31,141 nt of DNA from Calothrix sp. NIES-2100. Lineage in GTDB: Bacteria; Cyanobacteriota; Cyanobacteriia; Cyanobacteriales; Nostocaceae. Under the pieces are notes generated by a model. It was not told the DNA's origin, searched no databases, and saw only the letters and a list, made by a program, of their open reading frames with translations. The stretch spans positions 5,050,145 through 5,081,285 of the forward strand of contig AP018178.1 in assembly GCA_002368195.1 (NCBI GenBank). Direction: 5' to 3'. A program made the translations under genes and the position numbers. Below are positions 27,363 to 31,141 of this stretch, piece after piece. The first letter of the stretch is position 1. Every line of letters begins with the position of its first letter.

Positions 27363-28253
27363 ATGAGCAAAATCAAGCGTGTTGTGATTGTTGGTGGAAC
27401 TCACGGAAATGAAATTACAGGAATTTATCTAGTCAAAAAATTTGAGCGATCGCCTGATTTAATTCAGCGCTCAAGTTTTGAGAGTGTGACGCTGATTGGT
27501 AATCCGCAAGCCTGTGCGATCGGTAAAAGATATGTTGATACAGACTTAAATCGCTGTTTTCTGAGCCAAGATTTAGAAAACCCTAGTTTGACTAGTTATG
27601 AAGCACAACAAGCAAAAATAATTCATCAAACCTTTGGCTTTCAAGGTAGCCAGCCAGCAGATTTTGTCATTGATTTACATAGTTCTACAGCCAATATGGG
27701 GCTGTCTATTATTTTAGGTAATGAGAATTTATTAAATATTAGCTTAGCAGCTTATCTTACATCAATAAATCCCAAAGTTAAGATACTTTACTCCACAAGC
27801 CAACATAAAGTCAGACCTCACTTAGATTCAATTTGCGAATTTGGCTGTACCCTGGAAGTTGGTGCAGTTGCGCAAAATGTTTTAGATGCTGCCTTATTTC
27901 AGGAAACTGAAGCAATTATTCAGGAAATTTTAGATTATTTAGAAGCCTATAATCAGGGAACACCACCACTGACAAAAGATACCATCAACGTTTATCACAG
28001 CATTGAAACAATCGACTATCCCAGAAATGAGTTAGGAGAAATTCAAGCGATGATTCATCCTCAATTGCAATTTAAGGATTATCAACCACTTCATCCGGGA
28101 GAGCCGATGTTTTTAACTTTTGAGGGTAAAGAAATTGTTTATGATGGTGAATTGACTGTGTATCCTGTCTTCATCAACGAAGCAGCTTATTACGAAAAAG
28201 CTATTGCAATGTGTATAACGCAATTAAGCCATAGGAAGGTCAATAGTCAATAG
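27363..28253 (+). CDS. Succinylglutamate desuccinylase / aspartoacylase (AstE/AspA) family zinc hydrolase
   Basis: N-terminal VVIVGGTHGNEITG (GGxHGNE zinc-binding motif). Length is 296 aa. Confidence 0.75.
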   Translation: MSKIKRVVIVGGTHGNEITGIYLVKKFERSPDLIQRSSFESVTLIGNPQACAIGKRYVDTDLNRCFLSQDLENPSLTSYEAQQAKIIHQTFGFQGSQPADFVIDLHSSTANMGLSIILGNENLLNISLAAYLTSINPKVKILYSTSQHKVRPHLDSICEFGCTLEVGAVAQNVLDAALFQETEAIIQEILDYLEAYNQGTPPLTKDTINVYHSIETIDYPRNELGEIQAMIHPQLQFKDYQPLHPGEPMFLTFEGKEIVYDGELTVYPVFINEAAYYEKAIAMCITQLSHRKVNSQ

Positions 28254-28272
28254 TCAACAGTCAACCTGATAA

Positions 28273-29001
28273 CTAACTCTTGACAAACGTCCACTCCAAT
28301 ATTTTGATGGGTGCTTCTTGGAGGACTTGGGAAAGTTCACTGCTGCTTTTGAATTTCAACTGAGTTATATCGCAGGCTTCTATATTGACTGTAAATTTCT
28401 CGTCCTCAAAAGGCCAAGGTTTAACAGTTAATAAAGAATCGCTGCGTTGCATAATGTCATAACGTTCATCGTCAGGGCCTGTCGTAATTTCTAACCATCG
28501 TTCAGCATCAGGTAGTTGTTTTTGACAGAGAATCAACGACAAGCGATCGCACCATTGCATAAATGCATAAGCCGCATCTACGTCTTTCTTTTCAATATCT
28601 AATTCCTGAGTCCAAAGTTTTTGGTTTTCTAGTTGTTCATCTAAAAATTTGTCTAATTCTGGCATTTTGCCACGGCTTGGCTCTAACAACCAACTCATAT
28701 GTTTAGAAATTAATAAAGCTACCCATCTTCCTCGATAGCGAGCATTTTTCCCCAGATTCGCCATTCTCTCGATATCGATGTCTGGATTCAGCATGAAGTC
28801 CATTGGCGCACCAACTTCAGTGAGAAGATCCTCTTCCCATTCTTTCTCTAAATCGTCATGATGAGAGATGGCTGCTAGGGTTTCATATAACCTGGCTGGA
28901 GCATTTTTGCGTCGCCACTGTCCCGCTAATTGAGCCGCTAATAAAGCATGTGCGCGATGATAAATAATTTCCCAACCGTTGAGTGTAGGATTGACAATCA
29001 T
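28273..29001 (-). CDS. Conserved hypothetical protein (DUF3891-like)
   Basis: MIVNPTLNGWEIIYHRAHALLAAQLAGQW resembles DUF3891 N-termini. No catalytic motif recognised. Confidence 0.5.
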   Translation of the reverse strand: MIVNPTLNGWEIIYHRAHALLAAQLAGQWRRKNAPARLYETLAAISHHDDLEKEWEEDLLTEVGAPMDFMLNPDIDIERMANLGKNARYRGRWVALLISKHMSWLLEPSRGKMPELDKFLDEQLENQKLWTQELDIEKKDVDAAYAFMQWCDRLSLILCQKQLPDAERWLEITTGPDDERYDIMQRSDSLLTVKPWPFEDEKFTVNIEACDITQLKFKSSSELSQVLQEAPIKILEWTFVKS

Positions 29002-29034
29002 TAGTTAATTCTCCATAATCTAAATTTTAATTTT

Positions 29035-29075
29035 CCGGAAAAATGAGCCAGAGAATCAACTTCTAACTGGCTCAT
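29035..29075 (-). terminator. Rho-independent terminator after the Mn-catalase gene
   Basis: On the minus strand: ATGAGCCAG-(14 nt)-CTGGCTCAT followed by TTTTTCC. This is immediately followed by a GGAGA RBS for 28273-29001. Confidence 0.5.
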
Positions 29076-29097
29076 CTTATTCTCCTACTTCAGTTAA

Positions 29098-29790
29098 TTA
29101 GGAGTGCTTTTGTAGCGGATCGGCGATATATTTGAATGTGGGTTCAGAATTCCAAGGGCCGCGCTCATCATGACCATTACCATTTGTAGATAGGTTATAG
29201 TAGAGAGCAACGGTTTCATCAGGCTGAATATTCCCAAATAAGGGGTCGGTCAATTTACCCAGCGAATCCAGCGCCTTCATGAACATTTGGGTATGCGAAA
29301 TTTCTCTGGTTAACAGATGTACTAATGTTTGTTTAGTGCCATCATCTGTTGCTAATTTAATCAACTCTTCGTAAGTCTGACGCGCTCCAGCTTCGGCTGC
29401 AATATTAGCTCTCAAATCACGAACTACATCGCCACCCTCATTCAAGTAATTTGCAGTCCAAGCGCTACCCTGACTATCTAGAAAGTGAGGTCCTACTCCT
29501 CTGATAGCAAACAGGGTACTCTTATAAGCCTGTGTTTGATCGGTATTTTTGGTATGAGCTTCGATTAGTTTACCCACCATTTCTAAATGGCTAAACTCTT
29601 CAATAGCTATATCTTGGAGCATATCTTTAATGCCAGCATTTTCGACATGAAAAGATTGCACCCAATATTGTAGAGCAGCTGTAAGTTCTCCTGTGGCTCC
29701 ACCAAATTGTTCTAGGAGTAACTGAGCGAAACGAGGATTTGCATCACTAACGTTTACTGCATGAATTGGTTCTTTTTTATGAAAAAACAT
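29098..29790 (-). CDS. Manganese catalase (ferritin-like superfamily)
   Basis: LLLEQFGGATGELTAALQYWVQSFH and the downstream E...H motifs fit Mn-catalase. The 230-aa length matches the Anabaena KatA/KatB class. Confidence 0.85.
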   Translation of the reverse strand: MFFHKKEPIHAVNVSDANPRFAQLLLEQFGGATGELTAALQYWVQSFHVENAGIKDMLQDIAIEEFSHLEMVGKLIEAHTKNTDQTQAYKSTLFAIRGVGPHFLDSQGSAWTANYLNEGGDVVRDLRANIAAEAGARQTYEELIKLATDDGTKQTLVHLLTREISHTQMFMKALDSLGKLTDPLFGNIQPDETVALYYNLSTNGNGHDERGPWNSEPTFKYIADPLQKHS

Positions 29791-29909
29791 GTTTTGGTTC
29801 TCCCTAAAACAATGATGTGGTCAATGTAACTCGTAATTCGTACTTACAATCAATGCTGGCTGTTGGGAAACTGTACTTAATTTCATTACGAATTACGAAT
29901 TACTAATTA

Positions 29910-30188
29910 TTAAATCCTACTGCGTCTGCTCAATAGTCCCCACAGGTAAATAGCAATAATTGCACCAATTACAGCTATAAAAAGACCTGGTAGACTAAAG
30001 CCAGCACCAGCGGCAGTAATTTGTAGAGTTCCTGTTTGTAAAAGTGTGTACAGACTTCCACCAATGAAAGCGCCGACAATCCCTAATACCATTGTCGAAA
30101 GTATGCCGCCACCCTGATAACCTGGATAAATTGCTTTGGCGATCGCACCAGCTAAAAGTCCTAAAACAACCCAAGCAATAATATTCAT
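29910..30188 (-). CDS. GlsB/YeaQ/YmgE-family small membrane stress protein (transglycosylase-associated)
   Basis: 92 aa with two or three glycine-rich TM helices (GAIAKAI..G.....ILSTMVLGIVGAFIGG). Typical of the family. Confidence 0.75.
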   Translation of the reverse strand: MNIIAWVVLGLLAGAIAKAIYPGYQGGGILSTMVLGIVGAFIGGSLYTLLQTGTLQITAAGAGFSLPGLFIAVIGAIIAIYLWGLLSRRSRI

Positions 30189-30650
30189 ACAATCCTCAGA
30201 AATTTCATCTGGTTTGTACTTAATTTATCGAGAAAAAATCAAAATTGTTTCTACCAGTTGAGATAAATGTTACAGCCAGAAGATAGAGAAAATTCAGCCT
30301 ATTTTTTAGCAGCCTCTGGGTTAATTTATATTTGTCCATTTTGTGCTGTATTGCCAAATACTAAGAAAAATTTCGGCTGCTTATTTCTATCTTGAGAAAT
30401 AAAGAACGTATCTATCTTTTTATAGATGTATTAATGAAAATAAATCCTTTTAGATATGTATATTGTCTATTTAAGCTGCACAAAAAATTTGATTAATCTG
30501 TGTCAGTAGCAATTTAATTCAATCTCAATAAAATGAGACATAGGTGCTAAATGATTGATTGAAGATTTGAACTTTTTTGCTCATCGCGATAATAAGCCTT
30601 AACTAAACCTAACCTGGATTTCTCACAAGTTTGTTCGTTGTCAAAAAATC

Positions 30651-30732
30651 GTAGGGGCGGGTTCACAGATATGCTCCCATCATCTGCGACTATCTGCTTA
30701 AACCCGCCCCTACCGCTTGTGAGAAATGCGGG
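30651..30732. repeat. Second copy of the GTAGGGGCGGGTT...AACCCGCCCCTAC-CGCTTGTGAGAAATGCGGG element
   Basis: The 33-nt 3' segment matches 12451-12482. An outer inverted repeat ATTTCTCACAAG (30619-30630) is the reverse complement of CTTGTGAGAAAT. Confidence 0.7.
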
Positions 30733-30848
30733 CTAAGTGCCTTTTCAAGTCTTGAGTATCAAAAAGGAGAATCATTCTGTTGCAGTCAAGATGATGAAAC
30801 TCAAGTGCAGAATCCCCATTGATTACTCAACAACAATCAGGAGTTCTA

Positions 30849-31141
30849 GTGACTAGACGTGAAAACTACGGTTTAATTGAGCAGGTAGGATCGCCAGAAA
30901 TAGCTGCGCCCAAGCAATCGCTAACATTACCGGATGCTGTGGCGCTGATTGTCGGAGTTGTCATCGGGGCGGGGATTTTTGAAACCCCCGCTTTAGTAGC
31001 AAATTATGCAGGTAGTGATATTGCTGTTCTGCTGTTCTGGCTATTGGGTGGCGCAGTATCTCTAGTGGGAGCATTATGCTATGCAGAGTTAGCAACAACT
31101 TATCCTGATGTTGGCGGTGTTTATTATTATTTGAAACGGGC
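30849..31141 (+). CDS. APC-family amino acid permease, N-terminal part; runs off the right edge
   Basis: GTG start 7 nt after AGGAG. The translation VTRRENYGLIEQ...LPDAVALIVGVVIGAGIF.TPALVA..AGS....LFWLLGG..SL.GALCYAELAT.YP..GG.YYY shows a typical APC TM1-TM2 region. The frame is open to the window end. Confidence 0.7.
   Translation, partial: MTRRENYGLIEQVGSPEIAAPKQSLTLPDAVALIVGVVIGAGIFETPALVANYAGSDIAVLLFWLLGGAVSLVGALCYAELATTYPDVGGVYYYLKR

Overview
This 31 kb window looks like chromosomal DNA from a filamentous heterocyst-forming cyanobacterium (Nostoc/Anabaena type). The evidence is roughly 35 copies of the HIP1 octamer GCGATCGC, many blocks of tandem heptanucleotide repeats (STRR) beside genes, and several small inverted-repeat elements that look like MITEs.

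The window has three parts:
- **Left third.** A partial NACHT-family NTPase with C-terminal HEAT repeats sits on the minus strand and runs off the window. The six-frame track misses it; I reconstructed it by hand. It is transcribed divergently from a plus-strand trio: an Mrr-type restriction-endonuclease domain fused to a TPR array, a small secreted Cys-containing protein, and a Uma2 (DUF820) endonuclease. The three are separated by a 21-bp tandem repeat array and a MITE flanked by a perfect 10-bp direct repeat.
- **Middle.** An smc gene and a PRC-barrel gene form an apparent operon, followed by an overlapping DUF433/DUF5615 pair (a predicted toxin-antitoxin module). Then a second 21-bp tandem array, an S-layer-homology/GHL10 (DUF187) glycoside-hydrolase-like protein with a long Pro-Thr linker, and a segmental duplication. 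The duplication gives two YfcG-like Nu-class glutathione transferase (GST) paralogs plus a decayed copy of the 3' end of the SLH gene that is split by a MITE.
- **Right third.** Redox and electrophile-stress genes on the minus strand: thioredoxin, an Old-Yellow-Enzyme flavin reductase, a nitroreductase, an MFS transporter, an SDR and the GSTs. Across a perfect 10-1-10 palindrome lies a divergently transcribed ArsR-family regulator with a Cys-Cys pair in its predicted alpha3 helix. Further right are creatininase-family, HspA-like Hsp20, LysR, AstE/AspA-family, DUF3891-like, Mn-catalase and GlsB/YmgE genes, then the start of an APC permease.

I found no CRISPR array, tRNA or rRNA. The candidate 'systems' I rate highest are the nuclease-rich NACHT / Mrr-TPR / Uma2 neighbourhood, the putative ArsR-controlled detox regulon with its palindromic operator, and the DUF433/DUF5615 pair. 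All functional calls come from motif recognition by eye and need homology searches to confirm.
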